A stretch of 63,740 bases of DNA, filler included, from Salisapilia sapeloensis CBS 127946 (Eukaryota > Protista > Oomycota), in the NCBI GenBank assembly GCA_023334545.1. It is 7 parts of 7 records of this genome, joined end to end, with 100 filler letters (N's around TTAATTAATTAA, not from the genome) between each part and the next. Parts side by side here need not be neighbours in the genome. Positions count along the whole stretch, not along the records: positions 1 to 21,409 come from JAADVB010000286.1; 6 more parts are not named here. The stretch is one strand, 5' to 3'. The notes beneath the pieces were generated by a model. It was not told where the DNA came from, made no database searches, and saw only the letters and a list, made by a program, of their open reading frames with translations. Of the stretch, positions 1-11,223 are shown piece by piece. Position 1 is the first letter of the stretch; the number at the start of each line of letters is the position of its first letter. A program made the position numbers and the translations under genes.

Positions 1-3
1 AAG

Positions 4-76
4 TATCGATGGGGGGGATCGAACCCCCGATCTCGAGCGTGTGAAGCTCGCGTCCTAACCACTAGACGACATCGAC
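4..76 (-). tRNA. tRNA-Val(CAC), 73 nt, no intron, CCA not encoded
   Basis: The reverse complement folds as a cloverleaf: acceptor GTCGATG/CATCGAT, D-arm GTCT-AGTGGTTA-GGAC, anticodon stem CGAGC/GCTCG with loop TT-CAC-AC, T-arm GGGGG-TTCGATC-CCCCC, discriminator A. Confidence 0.96.
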
Positions 77-490
77 TTGCTATTTGTGACAAGTCCAATA
101 CATATAAAAACACGTAGTATGCTTTAATAAAGATACATACACACAGTATAGCTTTTTTAAATAGCGCATGTTTGAAAAGTAATATTCACCAGAACTATTT
201 TTGTTAATTTTTCGATAAGAAAACTATCTACGGGGCGATCCGACGTATAGCTTCAGCTAGATTAGACGAATGTACTATCAAAAGGATTGGCTACAGCAAC
301 TTTAATGTACTACAGACTGGGCTCTTTCGCAAATGGTTTCTTACCGAACGAAGTTAGTAAGTATCTAGTTGATATTCATGCATCTTTAAAGTATGCAAAT
401 TTTGAGCGTTTATAGTGTCTAGTAGGATTTCTTAAATTGAGCTACTGGGTGCGTCAAATCAAAATGTATACTTTTATTTTTTGTTGTCTA

Positions 491-1334
491 TTACCGATGG
501 ATATTGCTTACAACGACCATGACACCAAAGAGGACGACATGGATGGAGATACACCAGATGAAGACGTAGAATAGACCTAGGTTCCGTCGTCCGATACATT
601 TGCCAGTCCAAGGACAGTGATGGTCGAGCTATACTCAAGTCAGAATATTTCCACATCTCCCTGTGCACCCACGAAACATACCTTGTCTACACAGACGCCA
701 CAATCTCCACAATGGGACGCCGACTTTGGTCGCCTTATCTGACATTTTGCTATCTACACATAAACATCCAATTTTTTTCGATACATCAAATCGAGTGTAT
801 ACCGCAGATGACGCTTTGTCCTTGTTCTCCATCCACGCTTTCGTAGATGATGCCAGGATCGCTAAGTGCGGTCATGGTAAATGACATGAAGGATAGAGCA
901 ATGGACACGATTAAGGGAATCTGGTAATAAAACTTCACATCTCGTTGTCTACATGTTCACAAGCCATCAGTACTAGTCAGTACAATACTAGAATACAATT
1001 CATACACTGTGATCCAGACAATCGGCGCAAATATGAAGCAGTACGTGATGATGGCAAAGTACCAGTGCGGCCCGATGTGCATCGTGATGGGGAAGAAGCT
1101 ATATTTACTGCTGCAAGAGTATACGACCCACGTTCGTCCATACCGACGGCAGCAAGACGAGCGAATCTGTTCAGTGGAATGCAGACGATCGGTTCCATTG
1201 GGTGCATTGGACTCTTTACGACTAATCGGTACGTTTTCACTGAGCGAAAGGCTTCCCAGCTCATCTGTACGCACACTCACCCCATACGTGTCGCTATTAT
1301 CGCACCCAGGACTGTCCATTTCTCGGTACGCCAT
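491..1334 (-). CDS. DHHC-type protein S-palmitoyltransferase, 4 exons, about 226 aa
   Basis: Removing GT-AG introns 949-1005, 750-802 and 629-681 gives an open 681-nt CDS. It contains the TM segments, SDPGII and the full Cys-rich domain CAKCQIRRPKSASHCGDCGVCVDKLDHHCPWTGKCIGRRN. The ORF track shows only exon 1. Confidence 0.92.
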
Positions 1335-2794
1335 GGAAATACGCCTTCTCTAGGTTCGTGTTATCAGCGGTTTTGCAGATGGAATTTTGTTTCCACCCGA
1401 TTGACCCACAGTGTCGCATTTTATCCAATCAAAAGAGCCTAATCTGAAACAAAAAGTAGTGAACAAACTCATTAGAGACTTTATTTCGGCGTGGCTACGA
1501 AGAGCGGACGATAGACCTCATAAGACCGAGTGTATTGGAGGAGATTCTATCTAAGCTACTTGCAGATTGGATGTTATAAATGTACTAGGATAGTCTTTGC
1601 AAAAGAACCACAAAAGTCAAAGAAAGCAAGATCATGCGTGGTCGGTCATACTTTTATTTTAAATCCAGTTTGCACGTAACGTATCATGGTTGTGCTGTAA
1701 TACTTACAGACGTGGGAGCCAGCCAAAGGATTGAAAAGTATGGGCTACGAAGAAGCCCGTTGCATACGTTACTGGATATTTCGAAACCTTCAATGCATCA
1801 TCATTTCACAATCTCATCTCAGCTCTGAAAGGTCAGCTTTGAGCCCTACGATGAAACAATGGAATTTTGCTAATAATTCATGCGACATCAACAAGACGAA
1901 GAGATACACTTCTCTACAGTGCTTGTAAAGCAATTCTGGACACTTTAAAGTAGTTTTTATTATAGCGCGTACAATATCATTATGTGACAGATAGCGCGAA
2001 AGATATATAATATTTATCACTACCAGCAAAAGCTTTCAATCCATCGGCCGAATCTGTATCTGTGGCTCTTTGTACTCAATGAGTTGGAAATCACATACTG
2101 TAAAACTTGTGTTCTTTTACAATTTTTACGATAGTATAGACTCTCGTTGACATCATGTCGCTTAGATTCTATTGCTTTTTAATCAAAAGGAAGCCTCTTT
2201 AAACATATTTTTAAACATCCCATCTCCCAAGCCATTAGAATACACAATCTTCGTAATATAGTTCAATGCTGTAGCATGTCACCGGTATCGTAGAGGTACT
2301 CGAAGCATTCATAGTCGTCGCAGCTTGCAAGAGAGTATAAATGGCTATTGCCTACCTGATGATTCTTGTGTCATATCAAAATGTTAATGATCTTGACCAT
2401 CTACAGCATCTTCCGTTTAAATTTACACGTTTCCAGTTGGAGATTGCTATCTACAGTCAGCTATAAAGATGTGGGTTGAGCTCCTTTCTAACCTTCAACA
2501 GTTTGTACCGCGTCTACAACCACAGCGTTGTACTCTGTTCATCAGCTCCTTCGTGAAGACAACCAATAAACCTTGGGCAAATAGCATAATGCTGATCTTT
2601 TCTCTACTTGCCACTCACTGTGACCTTTGCTACCGACCAGCATAGTATGTTCATACATCGGCTCATCCCTTTAATACACGTAGACATCAACTATCATCAC
2701 ACACCATAAAAATGATACAAGCACGTATCTGATCAGTCAAAAAGAAGCTCCTTGTTGTAAGATTCTCTCTTCTTCATGGCGATTTCAGTAAAGC

Positions 2795-4279
2795 TTAGAA
2801 GTTGATCGGCTTGTCGTGGGCCGCCAGACACGCCTCCTTGAACGCTTCACTCAACGTCGGGTGGGCGTGGCACACGCGAGCAATGTCTTCACTTGCAGCG
2901 CCATACTCCATACCGAGACATCCTTCCGCAATCATCTCACCGGCGTTGCTGCCAATGATGTGAATACCAAGGATCCGGTCCGTCTCCTTGTCGGCAAGGA
3001 TCTTGACAAAGCCGTCCGTCTGCTCCACCGCCTTGCCTCGAGAGTTGGCCAGGAACGGGAACTTGCCGACATTGTACTTGACGCCAGCTTCCTTGAGCTC
3101 CTCCTCCGTCTTACCGGCAGCAGCCACCTCCGGGAACGTGTAGATGACGTTCGGAATGACGTCGTAGTTGACGTGACCGTGCTGTCCGGCAATGTTCTCG
3201 ACGCAGGCAATACCTTCTTCCTCGGCCTTGTGGGCAAGCATCGGACCGGCAATGCAGTCACCAATGGCAAAGACGTTGTCCACCTTGGTGCGGAAGTAGT
3301 CGTCGACCTCAACGCGGCCCATCTTGTCCGTCTGGATGCCCATGTCCTCTAGGCCGAGACCGTTCGTGAACGGACGACGGCCAGTGGCAACGAGGACCGT
3401 GTCGCAGTCGAGCGTCTCTTCGTCACCTCCGTTGGAAGGTTCCATCTTGAGCTGAACGTTCTCGCCCTGGACGTCCGAGGACGTGACCTTGGTGCCGAAA
3501 CGGAAGTCGAGACCCTGCTTCTTGAGGATCTTGGTGAACTCCTTCGACACTTCCATGTCCAAAGTAGGGCAAGCACGGTCGAGGAACTCGACCACCGTGA
3601 CCTTAGCTCCAAGGCGGCTGTAGACGGATCCGAGCTCGAGACCGATGACGCCAGCGCCGACGACGACGAGGTGTTCCGGGATCTTGGTCAGTTCCAACGC
3701 ACCAGTGGAGTCGACGATCTTACCCTTGGCATTGTCGACTGGGCAAGGGGGGAGAGGCGTAACTTCGGATCCCGTCGCGATGATAATGTTCTTCGCGTTC
3801 AACGTGTCGTTGCCACCGTCGTTGAGCGAGACCGAGACTTCGTTCTTCGACGTGATCTTGCCCTTGCCTTTAATGTAGTCGACCTTGTTCTTCTTAAAGA
3901 GCATTTCGACACCACCGGTGAGTCCCTTGACAGCCTTTTGCTTGGACTTCATCATCTGATCAAAGTTGATCGAAATGTTATCAACTTCGAGACCAAACTT
4001 CTTAAAGTCGTGCTGGGCCGTGTGGTACAAGTGGGAAGAGTGCAACAGGTTCTTCGACGGAATGCAACCAACGTTGAGGCACGTGCCACCGAGTGCACCT
4101 CGGTTCTCGACACAAGCCGTCTTCATGCCGAGCTGAGCAGCCTTGATGGCCGCAACGTAGCCACCAGGACCACCGCCAACGACGACGAGGTCATAGTCCG
4201 GGGACGAAGAGAAAGCACGAGCTTGGAGCGCAGAAGCACGCGTAATCGCTCGCTTCGATAGCATCGATCGAGACAGCAT
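2795..4279 (-). CDS. DLD: Dihydrolipoamide dehydrogenase (E3), mitochondrial
   Basis: GGGPGG FAD motif, redox-active GGTCLNVGCIPSK, GAGVIGLE NAD motif, C-terminal HAHPTLSE, and an Arg/Ser-rich N-terminal presequence. Confidence 0.98.
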   Translation of the reverse strand: MLSRSMLSKRAITRASALQARAFSSSPDYDLVVVGGGPGGYVAAIKAAQLGMKTACVENRGALGGTCLNVGCIPSKNLLHSSHLYHTAQHDFKKFGLEVDNISINFDQMMKSKQKAVKGLTGGVEMLFKKNKVDYIKGKGKITSKNEVSVSLNDGGNDTLNAKNIIIATGSEVTPLPPCPVDNAKGKIVDSTGALELTKIPEHLVVVGAGVIGLELGSVYSRLGAKVTVVEFLDRACPTLDMEVSKEFTKILKKQGLDFRFGTKVTSSDVQGENVQLKMEPSNGGDEETLDCDTVLVATGRRPFTNGLGLEDMGIQTDKMGRVEVDDYFRTKVDNVFAIGDCIAGPMLAHKAEEEGIACVENIAGQHGHVNYDVIPNVIYTFPEVAAAGKTEEELKEAGVKYNVGKFPFLANSRGKAVEQTDGFVKILADKETDRILGIHIIGSNAGEMIAEGCLGMEYGAASEDIARVCHAHPTLSEAFKEACLAAHDKPINF

Positions 4280-4383
4280 TCTCTACTGTATTCCCTGCTT
4301 TTCGTTTTGTGTGGCTCTCATGTAGTCCAAGCAGAAACGAAGTGTACCGGTATTGTACCTCTAGCATTATCTCATCAAGGACG

Positions 4384-4701
4384 ATGACGTCCGAAGCCAA
4401 GCGGGCGGGGACGACGAGTCAAGTATGGGGATACGTGATCGTACTCATTGCAGCATCGAGCTTCATCTCGACCATGTATGCCGTCGTAACTAGTGGAAGA
4501 TGTACATTTGTCTAAAGTGATGATAGGTATTGGATGGTTTTCTCCAAGATCTGGACTTTCGTTGAGACGGAAGATCGAGGGTTGTTACATGATATGGAAA
4601 CGGATGTGTACTATTGCTTTCTCGTGCCGTTAACGATACCCGTGTCACTACTCGCCTTCTACGTGAATTGGGTGAGTTTAAAATTCTTTCGACACAATTG
4701 A
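4384..4701 (+). CDS. PIGY: PIG-Y family GPI-GlcNAc transferase subunit, 88 aa, 2 exons
   Basis: Intron 4476-4526 (GTATGC...CTAA...ATAG) gives WGYVIVLIAASSFISTMYWMVFSKIW...DVYYCFLVPLTIPVSLLAFYVNWVSLKFFRHN*. Two TM helices and the C-terminus match the PIG-Y family pattern. Confidence 0.85.
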
Positions 4702-4703
4702 TT

Positions 4704-5726
4704 TTATTTTTCTTTCGCTTCTTGTTGCTCTTTCATTTTCTTCGCGAGCAACAGGAGTAACTTGCGTTGCTTCGGGTTGGCTTGAATACTTTGTAAATTC
4801 CATTGGTTCCCGCTAGTTAATAAAGCTTGGGATAAGCGAACGTGCCGATTAAATGCTTTCGAATGCTCTGGATACTTTTCCACACACGCACCGATGTCGG
4901 GCGGAAACAAGTTAAATCCGACGATCACGCGTTTCATATCGGCACGAGGTAATTGACGCACTTTACCACTGAAATGTGGTAATTCGCCATCACAAATAAT
5001 CGCACGACGGTAGGCATACTCGACTTTGGTCCATCCCTCTTCCTCTTCCATCCGACGTTCCAACTCATCTGTCGTGATCTTATCCTGTAACTTAGTCTTA
5101 TAGCCATACTTTGCATAATGCTTTAGGCCCATCGTATTGGCATAAAATGCACCTCCATCCATATTGCCACCAGTATCGGTCACGTGGAGCGTGGCGCCGT
5201 AGATCGGAGGCACAATGACGTTCGTTTCATAGCGCACCGTTTCGGCGTAATCCAAGTGATACTCTGTCTCGGCACCGACTGCTGAAGCAATGACCCACAC
5301 AGCTATTCCATGTGTGTTCTCCCAATCCTCCCGTGGGACGGCATCAAGTAGAAATTCTTGAATTGCATTCTTCGCTAGCTGTCGACGTTCCGTCTCGATA
5401 GCATCGTAGTGTCCATCATTATTCGATTTTAAATCCTCACACGATACATAGACACCCCAAACAGTAGCTTCCACTGCACTTTTATACAGAGCAGTCGCCG
5501 TTTCGTTCGTGACGGCATGATCCAAGATTTGGATATGGCCTTTGGGAAGTGATCGAGGGAGGTCTTGTACCATCTTGCAAGGCGCATTGTCACATCCAGA
5601 AGGCGTGAACCCGTCGTTCCACTCCTTTAGGTGCATATTTGATGGAGGAGATGGTGCATCGGGCGACGCATGCTCGAGCATCCATGCTGGAAGTAGTTCT
5701 CGCACGCCCTTGGCTTTCACATTCAT
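4704..5726 (-). CDS. Uncharacterised 2-oxoglutarate/Fe(II) dioxygenase-superfamily protein (start codon uncertain)
   Basis: HxD (EYHLDY), GG-x-F strand, distal His (GELPHFS) and basic KRVIVGFN in the expected DSBH order. The first ATG in frame is 5726; the ORF-track extension to 5834 would overlap Yae1. Confidence 0.75.
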   Translation of the reverse strand: MNVKAKGVRELLPAWMLEHASPDAPSPPSNMHLKEWNDGFTPSGCDNAPCKMVQDLPRSLPKGHIQILDHAVTNETATALYKSAVEATVWGVYVSCEDLKSNNDGHYDAIETERRQLAKNAIQEFLLDAVPREDWENTHGIAVWVIASAVGAETEYHLDYAETVRYETNVIVPPIYGATLHVTDTGGNMDGGAFYANTMGLKHYAKYGYKTKLQDKITTDELERRMEEEEGWTKVEYAYRRAIICDGELPHFSGKVRQLPRADMKRVIVGFNLFPPDIGACVEKYPEHSKAFNRHVRLSQALLTSGNQWNLQSIQANPKQRKLLLLLAKKMKEQQEAKEK

Positions 5727-5735
5727 TTTTGTGCG

Positions 5736-5764
5736 TTTCAACTTGAAATTTGTATACTCATTTC
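5736..5764. promoter_or_regulatory. Compact divergent promoter: 13-nt palindrome plus initiator (INR) for Yae1
   Basis: TTTCAA-C-TTGAAA at 5736-5748 and TCATTTC (oomycete INR YCAYTYY) at 5758-5764, both within the 42 nt between two divergent ATGs. Confidence 0.5.
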
Positions 5765-5768
5765 CAAA

Positions 5769-6237
5769 ATGAGCGACGACGGGTTTGACGACTACCTGAG
5801 TGAAGAAGAAGAGCAGGATACGCTCCAGCAGCAAGAGCTAGCCGCAGCAGAGCGTAGACTACGTACTGCTGGTGTCCGTGATGGCATCGAAATCGGTAAA
5901 GAAGACACGTTGCAAGAAGGCTTTGACCAGGGCTTTGCCATCGGTGCCGCTCACAGCCATCAATTCAGCATCCTACGAGGTGCACTGAGGTATGGCAACC
6001 ACACTTCCCACATCAATTCCACCATAGCTCACGTCATGCTCCCTTCCATCAACTAGCGCTGCACAAGCTTCTGGTCTCTTTTCGTCCAGCACACGTGCCA
6101 TCCAGCAGCAAGTATCCGATTGCATTCAAGACCTCGAGACTAAATCCAAGGAGCATCCTCCATCTTCATCACCGGATGCAGCACTGACTCAAGCAAAGGA
6201 CCTCCTCTCGTCCATCCACCTGCTCTCCCCACCATAA
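5769..6237 (+). CDS. YAE1: Yae1-like protein (Yae1/Lto1 Fe-S assembly adaptor family), 2 exons, 133 aa
   Basis: GxxxG-repeat region GVRDGIEIGKEDTLQEGFDQGFAIG. Intron 5990-6056 restores the frame to TAA at 6235-6237. Confidence 0.85.
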
Positions 6238-6409
6238 AGCTCATAGACGCCCTTTCACATCCTCTTTGACTTGTTTTCACTATGCATACGGAATCGTATG
6301 CGAAATTGTATACCCTGTCCATTTCCACCACCCACCCGAAAAAAGACTTTCTCAAAACGCGAAAAGAGAAGAAATCCGCAGGTCGACCTCCCCGCCTCTC
6401 TTTACTGCC

Positions 6410-9108
6410 ATGGACATTTCGACTGCCCTTCTCAACACCCAAAATCCAGGTAGAAACACCCCCTCTCATCTCTAGCAACCTTTCGATTCATATTCATATC
6501 GTTGGCATTGCATTAGATGTAAACGTTCGCAAGCAAGCGGAAGAGTTTCTGAACAATGCATTGCAACAGCAAATGGGGCAGTTCATGCTCACGCTCGTGC
6601 AGGCGTTAGCGTCGGAAGACTTTGCCATCGTCGGCCGACAGGCAGCTGGACTTTACCTCAAGAACGTCTTGGACGCCAAGGATGAAGCTTTGCAACAGCA
6701 AAAGGTAGCTGCTTGGATGAACATGGACGCCAACCTCCGATCACAGATCAAGGACGGTGCGCTCGGTGTCGTGAAATCCAACGAACCCATCGCACGCCAC
6801 ACGAGTGCCCAACTCGTCGCGAAACTCGGTGCGATCGAGTTGCCGTCGAAAGAATGGCCAGCGCTCTTAGAAACGTTGCTGCAGAATGTCACGAACGGTA
6901 GTGAAGGTGCCATCCACGCTTCTCTCGAGTGCCTCGGGTACCTCTGTGACGAAGCAGAGGAAGGTGCGATTGATGAGGAGGACACGAACCGCATTCTCAC
7001 GGCAATTGTCGACGGCATGCGCAGTGAACGTCCGCCTGCCATTCGATACGCCGCCGTCTCTGCACTGCGCAACAGCCTTGAATTCGTGAGCGAGAACTTC
7101 CGTCGAAAGCAAGAACGGGATCATATTATGCAAAAAGTATGTGAAAGCACGCAGAGCGACGACCTACGTACGCGTGTCGTCTCGTACGAATGTATCGCGA
7201 CCGTTGCGTCCTTGTACTATGAATACTTGGGTGAGTACATGGAGACGTTGTGCGGTATTACGTTCCACGCGATTTCGAATGATCAGGAAGAAGTCGGACT
7301 ACAGAGTCTCGAGTTCTGGTCTACCATGTGTGACGTCGAAGTCGATCTACAGGAAGAAATGCACTACGCTCAGTTGGAAGGAGACACGGATGGCGTCATC
7401 CCGTGCCAGCACTATGTCCGTGCCGTGCTCTCGACGCTCGTTCCGCTCCTCACGAACACGCTCAAGATGCAGGATGAAGACCAGGACGAGGATAGCTGGA
7501 ACTTGTCGATGGCTGCTGCCACGTGCCTCGCACTCGTCGCGCAGACTGTGGGAGATGACGTCGTGGAGCCGACCATGGCGTTCATTACGCAGAACATCGA
7601 GAGCACCGACTGGCGTCCGAAGGAAGCTGCGATTATGGCATTTGGAAGCATCCTCGAAGGCCCGAACACGGAGAAGATCACGCCGCTTGTGCAGCAAGCC
7701 CTCGGCTTCCTCATGGGCTGCATGCAGTTCAACCACATCCTTGTGCGCGATACGACAGCGTGGACGCTCGGTCGTATCTGCGACCTCCACTACGGCTGCA
7801 TCAGTGCCGAGATGCTGCCGAACCTGATGCAGCTCCTGCTCTCTGGTCTCGACCAAGAGCCGCGTGTCTCGAACAATGTCTGCTACGCCATCCACAATAT
7901 CGTCAAGGCATTCGAAGAGTCGGAAGCTACCACACGTCTCCTGACGCCGTACTTTACGACGCTCTTTGATAAGCTCTTGGAGACGAGTGATCGTTCGAAC
8001 GCGACGGAGAACAACCTTCGTTCGTCGGCTTATGAAGCACTCAACATACTCGTGCAGGTCGGAGCAGACGACGTGAGCGATCATATCATGTCGAGGCTGC
8101 CGATCCTCTTGGACCGTCTCGAACGATCTCTCAAGCAGCAGCTAGAGAACCCGGATGACCTACGAGACGACCCGTCTGGTCTCCAAGCACTCATCTGCGG
8201 CGTCCTCATCGCTGCCATCCAGAAGCTCGAGGAACGCATCACACCTCTGTCCGATCGGATCATGCAAGCACTCCTCCAGGTCTTTGCCACACGCAACGCC
8301 GCGGCAGCTGAAGAAGCATTCATGGCTGCAGGTGCCCTCGCGAACGTCATTGGCGCCAACTTTGAGGTGTACATGGAGTACTTTGGTCCGGTCCTCTTGA
8401 TGGGACTGCGCAATAGTGAAGAGTACATGGTCTGCAGCGTCGCCGTGGGTGTCGTTGGCGACCTCTGTCGAGCACTTGAGAAGAAGATCTTGCCGCTATG
8501 TGATGAGATCGCGAGTGCGTTGATCGAGATCTTGAAGAACCCGAGCTTGAACCGATCGGTCAAGCCGCCAGTGCTATCGTGCTTTGGCGACTTGGCGCTC
8601 GCGATCGAAGGAGACTTTGAACGCTATGTCGCGACGTCGATGCAGATGATCCTCCAGGCTGCGAACGCATGTGGAAGCATCGCGACGGACGATGAAGATA
8701 TCGTCGAGTACATGAACACGCTTCGGGAGAGTGTGCTCGAGGCGTTGACGGGGATCGTGCAGGGTCTCGGGACGGCGGAGAAGGCGACGTTGTTGCTAGA
8801 GTACGCGCCGCAGATCGGCGGCTTCCTCGCGACGTTGGCGAGTGACACGACGACAAGAACGGAGTCGGTGACGACGGCGGCCGTGGGACTCATCGGGTAG
8901 GAAGTATAGTATGGTATGTGTATGTATGATGTCTAATGATGGTGGTAGGGACATGGGCCAGTCGATGGGCAAGGCCGTGGCCGACTTGTCGTCGCAGCAG
9001 TTCGTGGCGCAGCTCGTGAACGAGTGTGCGACCAGCGCGCAGAGCTCACAGGCGCGGCAGCTGGCGGCGTGGACGCAGCACGTGCTCGTGGATCTACAGC
9101 GCAAGTAG
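6410..9108 (+). CDS. KPNB1: Importin beta-1 (karyopherin beta), 3 exons, 859 aa
   Basis: IBN_N start MDISTALLNTQNP|DVNVRKQAEEFL, RQAAGLYLKN, HEAT repeats with acidic loop DEDQDEDSWN, and WRPKEAAIMAFGSILEGP. Introns 6450-6516 and 8897-8948. Confidence 0.96.
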
Positions 9109-9324
9109 AGATGGTAAGTTATCGATAGTATTCGCATGAGGCGAAAGGGAGAGTCATGTGTGTGCACGACTGCACGAGGGTGTCCTGAAGATACCAGTTA
9201 GCGACGTAGATATCTTCACGACTGAAGAATAGGAGGATGATTTTTTCTCAAGAAACGTTTTTCTTTTGTTTATTTCCCTTGCAGCTCCCATATCTTTCGA
9301 ATTGATATGGTATCGTTCATGAGC

Positions 9325-10014
9325 TTAGTAGTAGATCTGCATGGACGGACCCATGGAACTCTTGAGGTACAAGACCTTGATGTTCTGCCAGTTCTTCTTC
9401 AGGAGACTCGCGAGGAAGTTCGCGGCAAGCTGCGTGTTCACGACGATGTCCTGCTTGTCAAGACCAACGTGGCCGACGGACACGTTCAGGCACATGACCT
9501 TCTTCATCTGGAACTTGATCGTCGCGCGGACCTGGTCGGCCTTCTCGGTCAACGAGTCCGAGGACGACACCAGGGTCGGGAACTTGCCGGCCTTGTTAAG
9601 GGACGGACCTAACAAACGCGGAATCTGCTTGATGAGAGTGTCAGAAGCCAAGAAAGCGTCGTACTTCTTGGCGAACTTCTTGATGACCTTCTTGTTCTTG
9701 TTGAACTTCTTCAGGTCGTCGACCGTCATGAACTCGAAGCCCTCCTTCTCGGCCTGCTCACAGTGGACGGCGTTACCAAGAACACAGATCTTCATGTTCG
9801 GACGCGGGATCGTCGGGAGCTTGAACGTACCGCTGAAACGCTTGTCCTTTTGCGGGTCGTAGTTCTTCAAGGCGATCTGGAGCTCGATCGTTTCGTTGAA
9901 GTTACGCTTCTTGCCCTTGACTTCCTTGCCGTGGTACGTGATCTTTTCACCGGCAGAGAAGGACAGAATGTCCGTCACGGCCTTGTCCAACAATTCACTG
10001 TTCAACTTGCTCAT
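9325..10014 (-). CDS. RPL10A: 60S ribosomal protein uL1 (L1/L10a)
   Basis: [51 protein letters not shown] and [18 protein letters not shown]. Start at MSKLN (10014). Confidence 0.98.
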   Translation of the reverse strand: MSKLNSELLDKAVTDILSFSAGEKITYHGKEVKGKKRNFNETIELQIALKNYDPQKDKRFSGTFKLPTIPRPNMKICVLGNAVHCEQAEKEGFEFMTVDDLKKFNKNKKVIKKFAKKYDAFLASDTLIKQIPRLLGPSLNKAGKFPTLVSSSDSLTEKADQVRATIKFQMKKVMCLNVSVGHVGLDKQDIVVNTQLAANFLASLLKKNWQNIKVLYLKSSMGPSMQIYY

Positions 10015-10048
10015 GTTTCCTGCTTTACTCTTCGCTTGGCGCTGGTCG

Positions 10049-10064
10049 GGAAATTGCAAAGTGA
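10049..10064 (-). promoter_or_regulatory. Oomycete INR+FPR core promoter of RPL10A
   Basis: The minus strand reads TCACTTT-GC-AATTTCC, matching YCAYTYY-NN-MWTTTNC, about 50 nt upstream of the ATG. Confidence 0.8.
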
Positions 10065-11223
10065 GAGCTGTCGGAGCCAACCAGTGGTTGCTAGACTCTA
10101 ACGTTAGCTAACTGACTGGGATTTTGTATGATAGCTGTTTATAACGAAACGCCGCTTGGAAGTACGTGCATGATGGGCACGGTTTACTGGTGGCGAACTT
10201 GTGGAGGCGAGATGGGTGTGTTATAGGTTCCTTTTGAGACTGAGTGTAGAGAAAAGGTTTCCGTAGTTTCCGTAGTGGTATTTGTATGGTTAGTGGTGTT
10301 GGTCGGTGTCGAGTTTATAATTTATATGAGGTGTCTGGATGAATGGTAATCTGCTCTTGTATGTGCGTCTGATAGATATCAATTAGAATGCCCTAGTAAG
10401 TGGCACCGCTGAAGAGATAGACGGATCGATATAATAAGCATTCTTGCCTATCTTGCAGCATGATGCATGAACCGCAGCATTGCAGCTCGAAGATCTGTTT
10501 GACCGCGTGACTGCGTGGCATCACCCTTTGCTCTTTGTACATCTTTTCAGAGAGATAAAGCGACTATAAACATTGCATGGCAGTACCCATAAAGATGCTA
10601 TAGCTTCGATCCAAGCTTCTTAAATTCAATGGATGCCATTATATAGACACTCAGTACCAAATTACCATACCCACTCATGACGAACCTCCTGACATATCTC
10701 GATATGATCATACTCTTTCATAGGAACTCCAGTAATTAAACCAGCCCAAGGTCAACGCAATATTGTAATGCAGAAGGAAGAAGAGAACATTCCCGCCTCG
10801 ATCGATACAACGTTCGGTCATTGGACACAACTCAATACCAGCGATGTAATACGAAGATAACTATCCGATCAAAAAATAGAAGCAAGTTAATGACGCCCCA
10901 ACCTTTGCCTATAGGAACATAAGATGGAGAATTATCTTTGACTAGTGACTCTTACGCACAACGTCCATGACATGTTTGTCTTATTACTACTCGTATACAG
11001 TAAAGAATACTTTAAAAGATCAGCAACAGCCTGTGTCTCTAGAACTAAATCGCACACATCATTCAAGTCGTTCACTATTCTTCATATTAACACACTAAGA
11101 GGCAGTAAGAGTGCTCGATCACTTCAAGGAACATGTACTATGCTACTGCAAGCATGACGCTAGCTACACCTTCCCAACAAAAGCATTAACGTATCAAACG
11201 GTTAAATCAGAGACTTCATTTAA

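Noticed and set aside
3671-4261. Long antisense or alternative-frame ORFs over DLD, importin-beta (7347-8084), calreticulin (16686-17492) and the epimerase (62435-63322)
   Set aside because: Shadow ORFs expected from the strongly C/G-ending codon usage of these genes; no motifs of their own.
10015-10080. N-terminal extensions in the ORF track (RPL10A to 10080, dioxygenase to 5834, importin from 6282)
   Set aside because: They rely on non-ATG starts. They run through the predicted INR, overlap a neighbouring gene or read through an intron.
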